DNA of 63,675 nucleotides, filler included, from Rhabdomonas costata (Eukaryota): NCBI GenBank assembly GCA_019059605.1. It is 54 parts of 54 records of this genome, joined end to end, with 100 filler letters (N's around TTAATTAATTAA, not from the genome) between each part and the next. Parts side by side here need not be neighbours in the genome. Positions count along the whole stretch, not along the records: positions 50,795 to 51,873 come from JAHMHO010029645.1; positions 51,974 to 53,054 come from JAHMHO010029646.1; positions 53,155 to 54,234 come from JAHMHO010029647.1; positions 54,335 to 55,415 come from JAHMHO010029648.1; positions 55,516 to 56,595 come from JAHMHO010029649.1; positions 56,696 to 57,776 come from JAHMHO010029650.1; positions 57,877 to 58,957 come from JAHMHO010029651.1; positions 59,058 to 60,138 come from JAHMHO010029652.1; 46 more parts are not named here. One strand, given 5' to 3'. The notes beneath the pieces were generated by a model that was not told where the DNA came from, ran no database searches, and saw nothing but the letters and a program-made list of their open reading frames with translations. Made by a program: the position numbers and the translations under genes. Shown one piece after another: positions 51,027-63,675 of the stretch. The first letter of the stretch is position 1. Each line of letters starts with the position of its first letter.

Positions 51027-51636
51027 CAGTCCTCATAGGATGCTAGCCAGGGCTGGCTCTTGATGTCGTTCTTGCGGTGCATTGGGCCTATCCGTCGCCC
51101 CCCTCCCCCGTCCCCATTCTCAAACACCCATCCATTTGGTCAAAGGCATGCCCTTGTGAAGAAACTGGAGAACCGTGGCGAAGCAAAAAAAAATATGCCC
51201 GCGAAAATATAATTCAGGAAAAATGCTTGCGGGTTCTGAACGTACAAACCTGCGCTTTTGGACCTGGCCTGCCGCAACTCGAGACACACGACAGAGGTTC
51301 CATATGAGGCTTCACATGAGCACCAGATAAACCCAAAGCCTTTCCGAAAGGCTCCAGATGTCGTCTACCTAATGCGGGTTTCCCCTTCCCCTGACTGATA
51401 TCTCGAATCCCTCCCACACTATTGTTCCCTCACTTGTTGTGTTGCATGGGAGGCATCGGATCTTTTCCAGTGGCGAAGTGATGAGAGTTCCAAACGACAC
51501 CACCCACGCACCCACCCACCCACATCCACACCGAGGTACATCGAGGTGTGAATCTCGTCCCCAGTGCGATCCAGGAACCCAGTGTTGATAAACACCACAC
51601 GGTCCTTCGCCGCGCGGATGCACTCCTTCAGGTTCA
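51027..51636 (-). CDS. glcB: Malate synthase G, exons 51636-51532 and 51087-51027
   Basis: [72 protein letters not shown] is the G-type catalytic motif. A GT-AG intron splits the Gly codon. Confidence 0.93.
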
Positions 51637-52912
51637 CTGTGTGTGCAGGCGTGGAGGGGTCCTAACCGCCAGAGCAGCTGTCCACTCCGGCCACATCATA
51701 CCTCAGGACCAGACATGCCATCTGTCATGCCATCTCATAAAAATCATGCAGAAACGCAAAAAAAAAAAAGCACCCGATCGCATTGTGGAGAATGTTTACT
51801 TGGGGCTTATTCAGAAGCTAGAAAATATCCAAACAACATCACAGGAAAACCACACACCAAACACACCCACCACNNNNNNNNNNNNNNNNNNNNNNNNNNN
51901 NNNNNNNNNNNNNNNNNTTAATTAATTAANNNNNNNNNNNNNNNNNNNNNNNNNNNNNNNNNNNNNNNNNNNNGGTTTGTTTTTGGGGCCCTGACCAGCT
52001 TTCGGCAGTGAAAAGGTGAGGTGAAAGCCGGTCAGGGCCCCAAAAGCAGACCCCAAAAGATCCCGAAAGATCAGGAAGACGTGAGAGATGGTTTGCATCA
52101 CCGATGGGTGCCGATGGGAGGAGCTGGCGTGCTTATAAAGCTGAGCTGAGCAGAGCAGCGATGGCGCTTTCGCGGCATGAGCAAAAGAGGGGGCCAAAAG
52201 TGAGACTGAAGAGCTTTTGTCCTTGATCCTTTTCCGCACTGGCACAGGGGCCATGCGTCGTACAGACTCTACAAAGGTCTCCAGTGTGCGCCCTTGCGTG
52301 TCTGTGTGCACATTCACCCTGGTAGGTGAGGATTCTCTCGCCGCGCTCGTCGGTGAGCTGAATGGCGAACTTGTTCCAGGGCCGGCTGGGGTCCCCGTGG
52401 CGCCGGCTGAACCTGGGGAGAGGAAAGAGAGGACGGCGGGAAGTGAAGGGCACAGCCGGAAAGAGCCCTTCAGTTGTATTCCCAATCATTCAGAGCATTT
52501 TATGAGGGGGCGGGGGCATCTGAAACATTGTAACGCAATGAAAAATCGAATCTTTCTCAAGTAATGGATATTCTTCCGATTCTTTGGGTTTTGGTTAGAA
52601 TCGTTTCGGGAGCGGGAGTTAATCCCCCCTTACCCTGCTCAGTCCCTCTGAGGTAAGTTGACGGATGAGATCCTTTCCAAGGGTTCCGGGAACACGAAGG
52701 TTCTTCAAACTTTTTTTCGGGCGGAAATCCCTGGGGTTCCAAAACCAGCTTCCTGTGACTTCAGCCAGTAGCGGAGGGGGATGACCACCAAGCCTCGCGC
52801 AGCTCCTTGAGGCAGGTCTTCCACTTACAACCACGCCAAGCACATAAACGCGCATGCACACAAGTACTCACTCACTCACGCATCAAACTATTCGCCATAC
52901 ACGCAAGCATAC

Positions 52913-53040
52913 GTCAGCGGGAGGTACTCCAGGCAGAGCCGCCGCAGGTTATCGTCGCCCACAGCTTCCGAGCGAGCCAGCAGCTCCGTGACGTGCACGT
53001 TCTCGGGAAGGGCCTGCACCCACTCCTTGTACTTCGTGGC
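52913..53040 (-). CDS. BTB/BACK-like helical exon
   Basis: LPENVHVTELLARSEAVGDDNLRRLCLEYL follows the ENV..LL..A...L...CL.YI pattern. Confidence 0.5.
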
Positions 53041-54336
53041 CTACCCCACACCACNNNNNNNNNNNNNNNNNNNNNNNNNNNNNNNNNNNNNNNNNNNNTT
53101 AATTAATTAANNNNNNNNNNNNNNNNNNNNNNNNNNNNNNNNNNNNNNNNNNNNGGGTGGGGGGGGCAGGAGAAAAGAGAGCTGGGATCCGGGGAAATAG
53201 GTACCCGAAGCCGTGAGCCCTTAAGGGTCTCTGTGCGATTGACCAGGAAGACCATGGACCGGGGGTGGGTCGAGGTGAACTGCGTGGTGGGGTGCAGGTA
53301 CACCGACAGCAGCTGCAGCGGAAGCCTGGGCAGAGCCATAAAGAGAAAGATTGTTGTGTGTGTATGTGTCTGTGTGTGTGTTGGGCGCGTTGCATCTGGC
53401 GGTTGCCTGATTTCCTGTAGGTGACCGCTGTGGACTGACGAGCGCACGCCCGGTTGTAGGCCACGGGTGCGCGTTGGAACTCGATCTCTGTGGCGCCGCC
53501 CTCCTTTGGGGGGGGGGGGTCGATAGGGCCTTCTCTAAATTCTGAATGTAACGAACCTTTGAGCTTTTCTTTCGGATGTATGTGTATATGTGAGGAATGA
53601 CTGGATGCGGCACGTCGGCCTCGACCAAACTCGATGGTCGGTTTCCAGACCACAACTCAACGCAACTCAATCTCACCGGTCGGTGCTTTTCAGCACACAG
53701 GTGTGAGTGCAGCGCGCATTGCCCCCCCCCCCCGAGGAGGTGTCCGATCTTGTCCTGTCTCGTCAAGGCACAATCGCACGGTCCCTCCTGCAGACAATGT
53801 GCGGACACGTGGCATCCCACAGCACCCTGGAGGACCAACCACAGAGCAAGGGCTGGTGTGCTGAACCAGTTGCCCGTCCATTTTTGCCAATTTGTCGGTT
53901 GCTGCCCTCCCTTCAACCGCACAACGGTGGTTCGTCGGTTTCGACCATATGACTGACGACATCCAAAAATCCGCCGTTGCGAGGGGGAGTGAACCCATCC
54001 CAGGATGGAACTGAACCCGGAAGCAGTGCGAACAGGCTGGCCTGCGTAAATGCACACCCGCTCTGTGGATTCTTCACTGAGGGCAGGCTGATCCCGTGCA
54101 CCAAGCTTTGCACCGTTGCCGAGGGAAAGGAGTACGAGAACACCACATCCTTGTTCGGCCAAAGGCCGCTCTTGGTGGACTGCACCCCACACAAATTAAA
54201 ACAAAAAAATAATCACCAGATGCAACCCAAAACCNNNNNNNNNNNNNNNNNNNNNNNNNNNNNNNNNNNNNNNNNNNNTTAATTAATTAANNNNNNNNNN
54301 NNNNNNNNNNNNNNNNNNNNNNNNNNNNNNNNNNGG

Positions 54337-54551
54337 GTGTGGGTGACTTCGCTTCATGACCCTGGTGACTTTGTGTCTCTTCTTTGTCGGACAATTTCTC
54401 GTCGAGCGTTGTTCCTGCCCAGTCTGCAAATGAAGAAGTTCCTCTCCCCTCCCTTTTCACCTAGACCGTGCAGGAACAACGCTCGACGAGAAATTGTCCG
54501 ACAAAGAAGAGACACAAAGTCACCAGGGTCATGAAGCGAAGTCTCCCACAC
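54337..54551. repeat. Terminal inverted repeat 54337-54418 / 54469-54551
   Basis: Near-perfect reverse complement of about 82 bp at the contig start. Confidence 0.9.
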
Positions 54552-57500
54552 TGTACAAACAAGAGTTCAGAAACTCAGGTTCGAAACTCAGGCTAGGAAA
54601 ATGCCCAGAGAATCTGTGAGTTTGAAAAGGCGCATACGTGACTTCCCCAACTTTCACTCGGCAAAATGAAGCGGAGCATGGCTTCCTTCATCCCTCAACT
54701 CTGTGCCAGTTGTTTACGAATGGTCTCCGGCGACATTCAAGTCAGCCTGAATTTTAAGCTACCGAAGGAAAGACTCAGATCACCGTTCAGAAGCGAAACC
54801 GAAAGAAATCCAACCTCATTTCATGTACTTCCCGTAAAAGTGCAGTAGGATGACGACGAAGATGAACAACAAACTTGACACGACCACGCCTGTTGGCCCA
54901 CTCAAAAGAAAAGAACAAAGGGAAAAAAAAATGCAGATTACGACGGAAATCACTCGAAAATCGCTGAGGTAGATGACATACACTTTGATTCCTGGTGCAT
55001 CATCGGTCCCGAGATAGGTTGAGAAAAGACCCTTGTCCTTTGTAGTGGAAGGGAAAATCTTAGTCTGGACCGCGGCTTTCCTGCAAGAAGAAACAGAAAG
55101 TCGCAGAAATTCCCGCTGTTATTCCGCTTTTGCTCACATGACCTGAATCACGCAGAGCACGTCAAATATAAACGAAGGCAAAAACGATTGGGACGGTTAG
55201 GGGCTTTCGTTGCGGGCCCCCTAGGGGAGTCGAATTCGGAAAAACCCCCACCCCGCACATTCCCCAAATTCTGCTTCACCCGGCCAGTTTAGTGCTGTGC
55301 AACACTGGTCCTTCACACTGCTCTCGGGGATGGTATGGCTACTACCTTAAGAAGACCTACAGCCCATGCGCAAATACAGAGGCCCTATTCAGCCCAACTC
55401 GCGCAGCCCCATACGNNNNNNNNNNNNNNNNNNNNNNNNNNNNNNNNNNNNNNNNNNNNTTAATTAATTAANNNNNNNNNNNNNNNNNNNNNNNNNNNNN
55501 NNNNNNNNNNNNNNNTGTTTTGTGGTCCTCATTCACAGGGACCCATATGCAGGATCTCTTGTGTGTGTTTCATTTTTTGCTTTTTTCCATCTGTTCAGGT
55601 CCCACGATTGGGGTCGGGGTGTACGGCGCTGGCGCGGCGGCGGCCATGGAGCAGCTTCTGGGGAACTCTCAGGGCGTGTTTGTGCCCTCTGCTGGGGAAG
55701 CTCGGTGTGGCCCCCCTCACTAACGCCTCTGTGTAGTACCCTATGGTGAACGTAAAAGCACTTTGAGCCTTAACGTGGGTCCACACCTAATTACCTGTTT
55801 GTCCCTCAACAGGTGCGGCGCAGGTTTGGGAAAAGGCGGCGCATTGCGAAGATGAAAGAACTATTGGAATTTTTGTTATCCTCTCAGTAGTGAACACAAT
55901 TTGAGATCTTCCCCCACCTGTGTCTATCACATTCCTGCCGATGTGCAGCAGCAATTTTGGACTCCCTTTTTGTGAAAATGGGGAAAGCTTTAGGTGAGCG
56001 TAAAGCAGGGGTCTGGAGCGGTCGAGGGGGCCAGTTGCAATTGTTGCAATGTCTCGCATGGAGTAACGTGGAGATGCGCACAAATATTCCAGGCGGTAAC
56101 CCTTTCCACAAAACCCTCATTGAGGTCATGGATACTTGGGGGAGATGCAGTGGTTCTCGGCGTTGAACGCTGTTAGTTTCGTACACCCGTATAACCCCTC
56201 CAACTACAAGTCAAGTTGCCCCCATTCTGCACCATATTCTGACTTCTTACACTTGTATTGTGGTTCCTGCGATGTCCAGCTCAATCGTTTGACACCCCCC
56301 TTCCTTCGATGTGTGCCCCACCTTCGCCTGTACGTTTTCTTTTTTCATCTCTTTCAGGACCTGCCACCAGAACTTTTTTGGAGTTAAGATGGACATCATA
56401 TGAGACTGTGGGCGTGACGAGCTGTGGGTGCTCGTCCCTCCTCTGTGCCAGTGTCTTTGTGCTCTTGCCTTCATTCACGCATGTAATGACTGTACATATA
56501 TTCTCATGTAAGCTTTGACCGCCACGATGTTTGTTTTTGGTGTCTGTTTTTGCTGGAGGCGGGGTACAGTGACAAGAAAATCATTCACCAAAAAANNNNN
56601 NNNNNNNNNNNNNNNNNNNNNNNNNNNNNNNNNNNNNNNTTAATTAATTAANNNNNNNNNNNNNNNNNNNNNNNNNNNNNNNNNNNNNNNNNNNNGATCA
56701 GCGGCGGGATGTGGCGTTTTTGGGGGCGGACTACCGCCCCCCGATGAACCTGCGGGAGTTCCTGAGGCATTTGGACAGGACACCTCGCATGGATTGTTCA
56801 CGGTGTGTCTTCCTTCCTCATTGCTGCCTCTGCTTTCTTCCTTTTTTTGGCTTTTGCACCTTCGTGTTGTCGTTATCCTAGAAGCCTTTGCCACTCACTG
56901 ATGTGGGCATCTCTCTCTACACTAAGCTATCCTGCGTTCACAGTAGTAATGGCTCTCCAGTTCCTTTGGATGTGCTTCTTTTTGCTGCACTGTGGTTTGC
57001 TTCAAATGATGCTTGCGCAAATCATGCCTGCCTTGTTCCCCAGTCACCCAAGGGCCTGTTTTTCCTTTGCTCCTTTACTGGCGTTCACGTGTTTCTGCAA
57101 CGAGAGATGCCTTATTTGCATCTGAAATTTTGTTTTAGTATGGGGGTTTGGTTGCAGAGTAATCGGCTCGGGGAAGGCAGTGATTGCCCTTACCTCCCCC
57201 AATTTACTGCCAAAAATATGCCAAATATTCTGTGAGAACCCGCGGATGGCGGATGGAGGCCATCCTTTGGGACCGGGTGCTGATGTACTAGATGTGTGGC
57301 GCTTGCACTTGCTCCCACGGACAGGTCTCTGCCTCCAGGTAGGCGAGGAAAGGAGGTGGCCAGCACACACGCGTTGGGCCCATCTCTCTCTATTGAGCTT
57401 TGGTTGTGAAGATCCCTCCCAATTCTATCACCTGTGCTTCTTTTTTTTTTGGCTTAAGACCATCGAAAGTAGAGCTGCCCTGAAGAGGACCCCGTTGATG

Positions 57501-57883
57501 GTTGGAGTGAGAGTCTGGCTTTTTGGAGATTGAATTCGAAGCAAAGTGCTGGGCATTTGAGCATTGGTAGGGCACCCAGAAATGAAGCGTGTAGTGGAAC
57601 CCTTACTTCGGTTTGGTTCGCCCAAGCAACAGCCTGCCTTGACAGAGCTCATTCCAGTCCTGAAAAGCACTGACCCGATGTTAATGCTGTCACGCTGTCA
57701 CTGCTGCTCCTGTTGCAGGGGCCCGTTGACTCCCTCTCCTTACCCGCGGACCTGACGACATCCCCACCCCCCCCACNNNNNNNNNNNNNNNNNNNNNNNN
57801 NNNNNNNNNNNNNNNNNNNNTTAATTAATTAANNNNNNNNNNNNNNNNNNNNNNNNNNNNNNNNNNNNNNNNNNNNTGTGTGT

Positions 57884-58831
57884 GTGCGTTCTTGGGATTC
57901 AGTTTTTATCAATGGCGACTCTACCTAGCCTCCCCCTTGAGAGTCCGGACTTTGCGCGTGGTCGTCTTTTTCTTCTTCGCGGTGGTGGCGTTTCGTATTG
58001 AGTATAACCTAAGCGGTCCGACGCTGCGGAATCTATACTCGAAATTTTTCGGATCGGATTTTTGTCTTTGTGTCTGATCATATATTTCCGCCCCTTCGGC
58101 CGCAATGGTGTTCGGTGTTCGGTGTTCGGTTCCAAGAAGCTCTTGTGCTTCTTATTCTATTCTATTGCTTCTGCCTGTTGTCACACATCACACACTGAAG
58201 TTATGTTCCGCCGTTTCTTGGCACCAATGCTTCCTGCGAATTTGGATGTGAGTCTGATCGGGCCCGGGCTGAAGCCCGTCGTTCCAGACTAAAGCTTTGG
58301 GCATCTCCTTCGCTCCTGAATGCGTGGCTTATGGCTTTATATTGGCAGACAAAACCACCCCCAGCTCCAGGTCGAGCCCCACCTGACCGGGAACTACATC
58401 AAGCACACCAACAACTACGGGTTTATCTCCGATGAGGACAGGTCGGCTGGTCAACCCTTCGTCTTTTTTTTTTGGAATTGCGGGACAGAGACTTCGCACT
58501 TTTCTTTATGTATTCCCCTGCCCTCGTCATTGATTGCTAGGCAATCCATGCGCAGCGCCTAAGGCTGTCCCATTGCTTGTGCGAATCGCCTCCGTATGCG
58601 GTTTCCAGTGGGTGGCTGCTCCCTCTTAGTGGCTCGGTCCCAGTGCGTGAGTGCGTTCTTGGGATTCAGTTTTTATCAATGGCGACTCTACCTAGCCTCC
58701 CCCTTGAGAGTCCGGACTTTGCGCATGGTCGTCTTTTTCTTCTTTGCGGTGGTGGCGTTTCGTATTGAGCATAACCTAAGGTGTCCGACGCTGCGGAATC
58801 TGTACTCGAAATTTTTCGGATTGGATTTTTG
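57884..58831 (+). repeat. 181-bp direct repeat (57884-58064 and 58651-58831)
   Basis: Two colinear copies 767 nt apart with about seven substitutions. Confidence 0.92.
58349..58441 (+). CDS. Alpha-kinase (eEF2K/MHCK family) exon
   Basis: VEPHLTGNYIKHTNNYGFISDEDR matches ExxIxGxYxKxNxNxG; flanked by AG and GT. Confidence 0.8.
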
Positions 58832-59833
58832 GGGTCGAAGCCGAGTCGAAGCTACCCTCTCGCCCCCCTTAAGTTTATTTTTACCTTTTGAGGTCCGATC
58901 GGTCTCGTTTGATTGGTTTACAGAAGCGCTTCGTACTTGCTGCTCCCCTACCCCACTNNNNNNNNNNNNNNNNNNNNNNNNNNNNNNNNNNNNNNNNNNN
59001 NTTAATTAATTAANNNNNNNNNNNNNNNNNNNNNNNNNNNNNNNNNNNNNNNNNNNNGGTTTTGGTGAGGTTTTGGATATAAGCGAGAGGGGCCTGAGTG
59101 AACGCGCAGGAACTGCTCACAAGGCACAGGGCACTACCTGCCCAGGTGGCTCGTGTGAAGATCTTGAAGATGACTGAGGAAAATCGTTGACGCAGGAAGG
59201 GGGAAAGGGGCGGCGGTGTCATGATTTCTAGTGGGGACTCTCAAAAGTTGACCGGGGAAAGGTCTGGGCTTCCCAAAAGGGGGTAACGGGGCTATATGAG
59301 CGTATACAGGGGATAGAATTGTCGTAGAAGAAGCGGTGGTAATTAATTATGATCGATAAAGGTTTCGCAGAGGGTCCGAGGGCGGCACGCAACACGTCAC
59401 TCCGAAAATCATTCTTTCGGGATTGCGACAGTGATCATCAACCACCGCATTCTTACCCTCCTGACCGCCGTCCCTGGCACAAGAACTACGTCCAGCAGGG
59501 GCTATAGGACGGCGTAGGTGACCCCGGTGGGGAGGATGGAGACCTGGCATGGGGTTCGGTTCACGGTTCCAGCGGGGAAGTTACAAACGTCATTGTGAGT
59601 TTCGCATTTCGGTCCGGTGTGATAGAATGATAAGCAGAAGGTAGAAAAGGAGAACGACGAAAGCAACTCTTAGGGATGGGGGGAGGCGGTTGTTGTCAGA
59701 ATTTCTTGAACCAAGAATGTAAACCCGCGCCGATTTCTGAGAAAAGATCTCCGTCCAGACCGCAGAGACATTAACCCCTGACACCCCATCCTGGCCTTTA
59801 CATCGAAAGAGAAACTGGAAAAAGCGCCGACAC

Positions 59834-60099
59834 CGGAAGAGCTTGTACGGTCACCATGTACCCAGCCATCGCTCCAAGGGAGGCGGGGTTGGGATTAATC
59901 AACAGTGCGGACCATCCCCTGGTCCCGGGTCCAGCCAGGGCAAGCGAGATCGCCCGCAACGTGGTCTCATTGCTTTTTGTGGCGGTCACGGGAGTCCACT
60001 CCCCGGTAGGCGTGTACGAGGGTTGGGCCGAATACATTCCTCGGGTGGAGGTGGCGACCAATTGCCCGGTTTGGGCATCCACCACGAAGATCACCGTGC
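59834..60099 (-). CDS. Extracellular Cache-like sensor exon, probably of a receptor cyclase or kinase
   Basis: TVIFVVDAQTGQLVATS is a typical Cache beta-hairpin; flanked by AG and GT. Confidence 0.55.
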
Positions 60100-60411
60100 C
60101 TGGAAAAATGGCCTTGGTCAGCTATTGAGCAACACAAANNNNNNNNNNNNNNNNNNNNNNNNNNNNNNNNNNNNNNNNNNNNTTAATTAATTAANNNNNN
60201 NNNNNNNNNNNNNNNNNNNNNNNNNNNNNNNNNNNNNNGTGTTGGTGTGTTTGGGGGGGGTGGTCCAAGAATGGGCATGCAAAATCCATGACACTGCGGT
60301 AATATGCACTCGAGGAAATATAGGCCGTCAAAAAAACTGCCCGAGAAATCACCGCAAGCGCGAAATGCCTGACGGCAAATAGTGGAAGCCATGGTGAGCG
60401 AGTCATTGCAC

Positions 60412-60844
60412 CTTAGCTGAGCGATCATGCGGTGGGCCTCGTCGCTGCTCTGCTGAAGTTCCTCCACAGAGGAACGAAGGTCACCGCCCGAGCTTTCCTG
60501 ACGAGGAAGACAATCAACGAACAAACTCAGTGAACCACAGACTGAATCAAAAGAAAGCAAGGTCATTGTATTCGAGTGTTCCCTCTGCAGAAAATATGGG
60601 AAGTGCAAATTTTTCACACACATGCAAACACAAATGGGTTCACGAAATCACTGATGTGCGCATATTCGGAAAAAGGTCTGTGAGGCCAGGGAGCTGAGTG
60701 ACATTATGAATTGAGCTCAACAAAAATGTTTAATTGGACATCACAACACATCGGCGCAGGAGATGGAGGGGGTTTGAAAGTATCGCAGACCTGACGCAGG
60801 ACTTCCACGCGCTTGCTTAGCTGCCGCAGCTGCTCAGCTTGCTC
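60412..60844 (-). CDS. Coiled-coil protein, exons 60844-60791 and 60497-60412
   Basis: EQAEQLRQLSKRVEVLRQ|ESSGGDLRSSVEELQQSSDEAHRMIAQL, with an in-phase GT-AG intron. Confidence 0.55.
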
Positions 60845-62398
60845 CTAAAAACCATGGACATTCCACCCACCCACCCGAACGCGCCGCTCGCAAGCAAACC
60901 ACAGCGGCAGCCCGCGTCAGGGCCTTGAAAAGCTTTGAACAAAGGAGAATACCTGATGCGGGAACACTTTCGTTTCCCTAATTTTCTTGTACTGGATTTC
61001 CAAAGACCTGCCATAAACAGCTTGTTTGTTTAGTCAGCAAGTCAACAGCAAAGGGATACTCCTCTGCTGCAAAACGTCCCAGCTATTTCACTTCACATAC
61101 ATACCAAAGAACCGGATGCTTGCCCGATATTTCCGGTGTACACACCTTGGCAGCGGACTGGACAGCAACCACAGTTTCAGCACGATTCTGCTCCGCAGCT
61201 GAAAGCCGTTCCGACACCTCCTAAAGGAACCCACCCAGCCAACAGTCATCACCAAACCCAAACTTTAATCATTGAGCTTTGCCCAATAACATTCACCCAT
61301 CCTCAGCCAAAAAAACNNNNNNNNNNNNNNNNNNNNNNNNNNNNNNNNNNNNNNNNNNNNTTAATTAATTAANNNNNNNNNNNNNNNNNNNNNNNNNNNN
61401 NNNNNNNNNNNNNNNNCAAGATGTGTTTGCGCTGGCCTCTAGGAGGTCAAGAGAGACCTTGTCCTTTCCCAAGGCTCGAACGTTGGACCTTGAGGCTTCT
61501 GTTCGTGATGTTCAGGATTTGCGTTCTGTCGTGGGACCTTCACGGAGAGCGGTGTTTTGTAGTAGCACCAAGTTTTTCGAAGGAGGAACCAAAAGGAAGA
61601 GCCGTTCTTAAACACCGAGCTTAATCGTGGATCGTAGAGATGGCAGGCACAGTGCGCGCCGAGTAAGTTTGAGGGCAGAAAGAAGACTCCGTTCCGAAAA
61701 AGTATTCCTCCAACAGCTTCACACGGTTACAAAAGGTTCTCGTGACTTAGCGGGTTCGGCAGAAACAGGCAGGAACGGGCATCATTTGGACCTTTTTGTG
61801 TATCGCCGACGGGTGGGGGAATGCAATTAGCTTGACGGAAAGGGACAGAAAAATGTTGGGTGGCATTTTGAGGCCTGAGCATCGCCGGAGGAGAGGGGTC
61901 GTTGAGGAGCCTTCTCTTTTTCGGCGTAGCATTGCCCTTGTGTGTTTGTTTTTGCTTCTATGTGACGACTTCATTCATCCGTTCGAACTCCGTTGGGCCT
62001 CCGTCAAAGCCATGACCGGTGTTTACGTGTTTACGTGCTTGTGCTTGTGCGCTCGCGTTCTCCATCGCATCTGTTTGCATAATGACACACACGCTTTCGG
62101 TTTGACTGACAGTAGAGTGCTTCAGTATGCGTCTCTCAATAGCTGTGCCGAGCCTTGCCAGCATTATTTTTGGTCCTCGTGAGGCTTTCAGTGAAACTCC
62201 TGAGGCCACTGGTTTCTCATGGTCGGTTTCTAACCTCCCTCTCTCCGCGCGCCTCTCTTGCGCACCCCGACCCTCACATATCCCGTTACTTATCGGGAAG
62301 TGAAAGTCCTGAATAGAGCAGTGGCGGCTGGTTCAGCTCTGACTGTGTTTGACTGTGTTTGCCGAATAGACGAGAGGCGAACTTACCCGGGTTCAGGA

Positions 62399-62488
62399 GT
62401 GGTGGAAAAAGAGTCTAAGATGCATCAGCGTGAGGCTGGTCCCAGTTCTTTTTTCAGTGCGATGCATCTTAGACTCTTTTTCCACCAC
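62399..62488. repeat. Terminal inverted repeat 62399-62426 / 62461-62488
   Basis: 28-bp reverse complement at the contig end. Confidence 0.8.
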
Positions 62489-63675
62489 CCCACCCCNNNN
62501 NNNNNNNNNNNNNNNNNNNNNNNNNNNNNNNNNNNNNNNNTTAATTAATTAANNNNNNNNNNNNNNNNNNNNNNNNNNNNNNNNNNNNNNNNNNNNTGTG
62601 GGTTGTTACCCCTTGTTCCGAGCTCCAAAACCTGATCCTCCTGCAATTCAAACTTTAACCCAAATCCAACCTTCAGTCAGGCGGGAAAGAGGAGTCATCC
62701 CCCCTCCCTCCTGAGCTACTTCGCCTCTCCCTGCCAATTTCTCCTCACGCCACCAGATCGCTCTCTGCCCTTTTTTTTGTTCCGTATACTTCTGCAGGGT
62801 ACCTAGTTCGTTGCATGGGCACAGCCATTTCTTCCCCTTCTCGCTCCATCATTGTGCAGGCATTCCTGCGATTTCACCTGTCCAATTTAGCACCCTGACA
62901 GTGATTTGCGGGTTTACTGTTGTGAAATATTTCTGCCAAAAAGAAAGCATGTCTCTCAAGTTCACCTCCGGGTGCATCCTGTGGACGTTGCTGCACCGAC
63001 TCAACTCAGTCTTCTTCTTGATATTCTTGCAGAGCATGCTCAGTGTTGGAACTTTAGCTGCCCTCTGGGCTACACCCAAAGGTTGGCCACCACGGTGTGC
63101 CAGTCGCTGGTCTGCCGCGTGGTGGACTGCTGCTATAGTATGCCCGCTCGATAGGCCCCTTTTTCTCTTTCCAGGAACTTTGCAACTGAATTTCTAATGT
63201 TCCTACTCCAATTTCTGTGCCATCGGTTTCGCTGGATGCCTGCGTTGAGGAACTTATGCATTCGCTGTTCGTTGGATGGGCTCTTCTTTTCTGATGCACA
63301 CAGTAAGAATACCCCCCTTTTCTCCAACAAGTTATCGTGTTCGATGCGCGTCGTGAACCAATTCCATGTAAATCTTCACTGAATATCGTCTTTTGAAATT
63401 CTGGACCAAGGGTGGGCGTAAGAAGGGCAATGCACCACAGATGGCGGATGAAGACCGCCTCAATTCCCATGAAAGTCATACCCCCCATAATCACGATCAC
63501 CACACCACACCCCCAACTAGGTTTGCATCCTAGTTTCGGAAGCACCTGGAGCCGGGATATATGCGATATGCGGGAGGTTATCACGGCGGCCCCTGCTGAG
63601 CACCGTGGGAGTGTTGATGGCGTTGCGGTTTCCACCATGCTTGACCTCTCGGTGTTGCCCGCTTTGATAACCACC

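Noticed and set aside
51088-51539. Apparent need for a micro-exon in malate synthase G
   Set aside because: Using the GT donor at 51531 gives HTSMYLGPM in frame, so no micro-exon is needed.
11815-62488. About nine long inverted repeats as MITEs, hairpin RNAs or euglenid non-conventional introns
   Set aside because: All abut contig ends, share no sequence with each other, carry primer-like G/T mismatches, and one cuts through a coding region (34267-34430). They are amplification fold-back chimeras.
1082-62596. Regularly spaced TTAATTAATTAA repeats resembling an array
   Set aside because: These are artificial linkers embedded in Ns, not CRISPR or any biological repeat.
62849-63674. Minus-strand ORFs possibly from a LINE element
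   Set aside because: I could not identify any RT or endonuclease motif.
1-63675. Operon-like or defence-island clustering of helicase, kinase, cyclase and viral genes; rRNA, tRNA or CRISPR loci
   Set aside because: Contigs appear grouped by length, so adjacency carries no information. I recognised no structured RNA gene or CRISPR array.

Overview
This is not one continuous locus. It is a concatenation of 54 unrelated short contigs, almost all about 1,080 bp, joined by 100-nt spacers (N44-TTAATTAATTAA-N44), so gene order and ORFs running into X are meaningless. Contig ends are G/T-rich (5') and C/A-rich (3') and often fold back on themselves, the signature of primer-based whole-genome amplification. 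Most contigs are intron-rich eukaryotic DNA, probably from a protist; a euglenozoan or euglenid-like cell is my inference from an intron-containing malate synthase G and several receptor-type adenylate cyclases. Recognisable exon fragments encode a Dicer/RIG-I-like DECH helicase, adenylate cyclases, a histidine kinase, COPA, NAP1, a MATE transporter, a CHCHD2-like protein, an alpha-kinase, a PRMT, ankyrin, WD40 and BTB proteins, a CTL/SLC44-like transporter and a methyltransferase. There is also a DIRS-like retroelement remnant. The strongest candidates for a novel system are two AT-rich, intronless, virus-like contigs. One is an F-box/LRR gene with a perfect mimivirus early promoter (AAAATTGA) and a one-base frameshift (34265-35345). 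The other is a repeat-containing fiber-like ORF (10631-11711). Together they suggest a giant virus, and possibly a virophage, Polinton-like virus or phage, that is endogenous to or co-amplified with the host. GC-AG introns also recur. All protein calls come from motif recognition by eye; no database searches were run.
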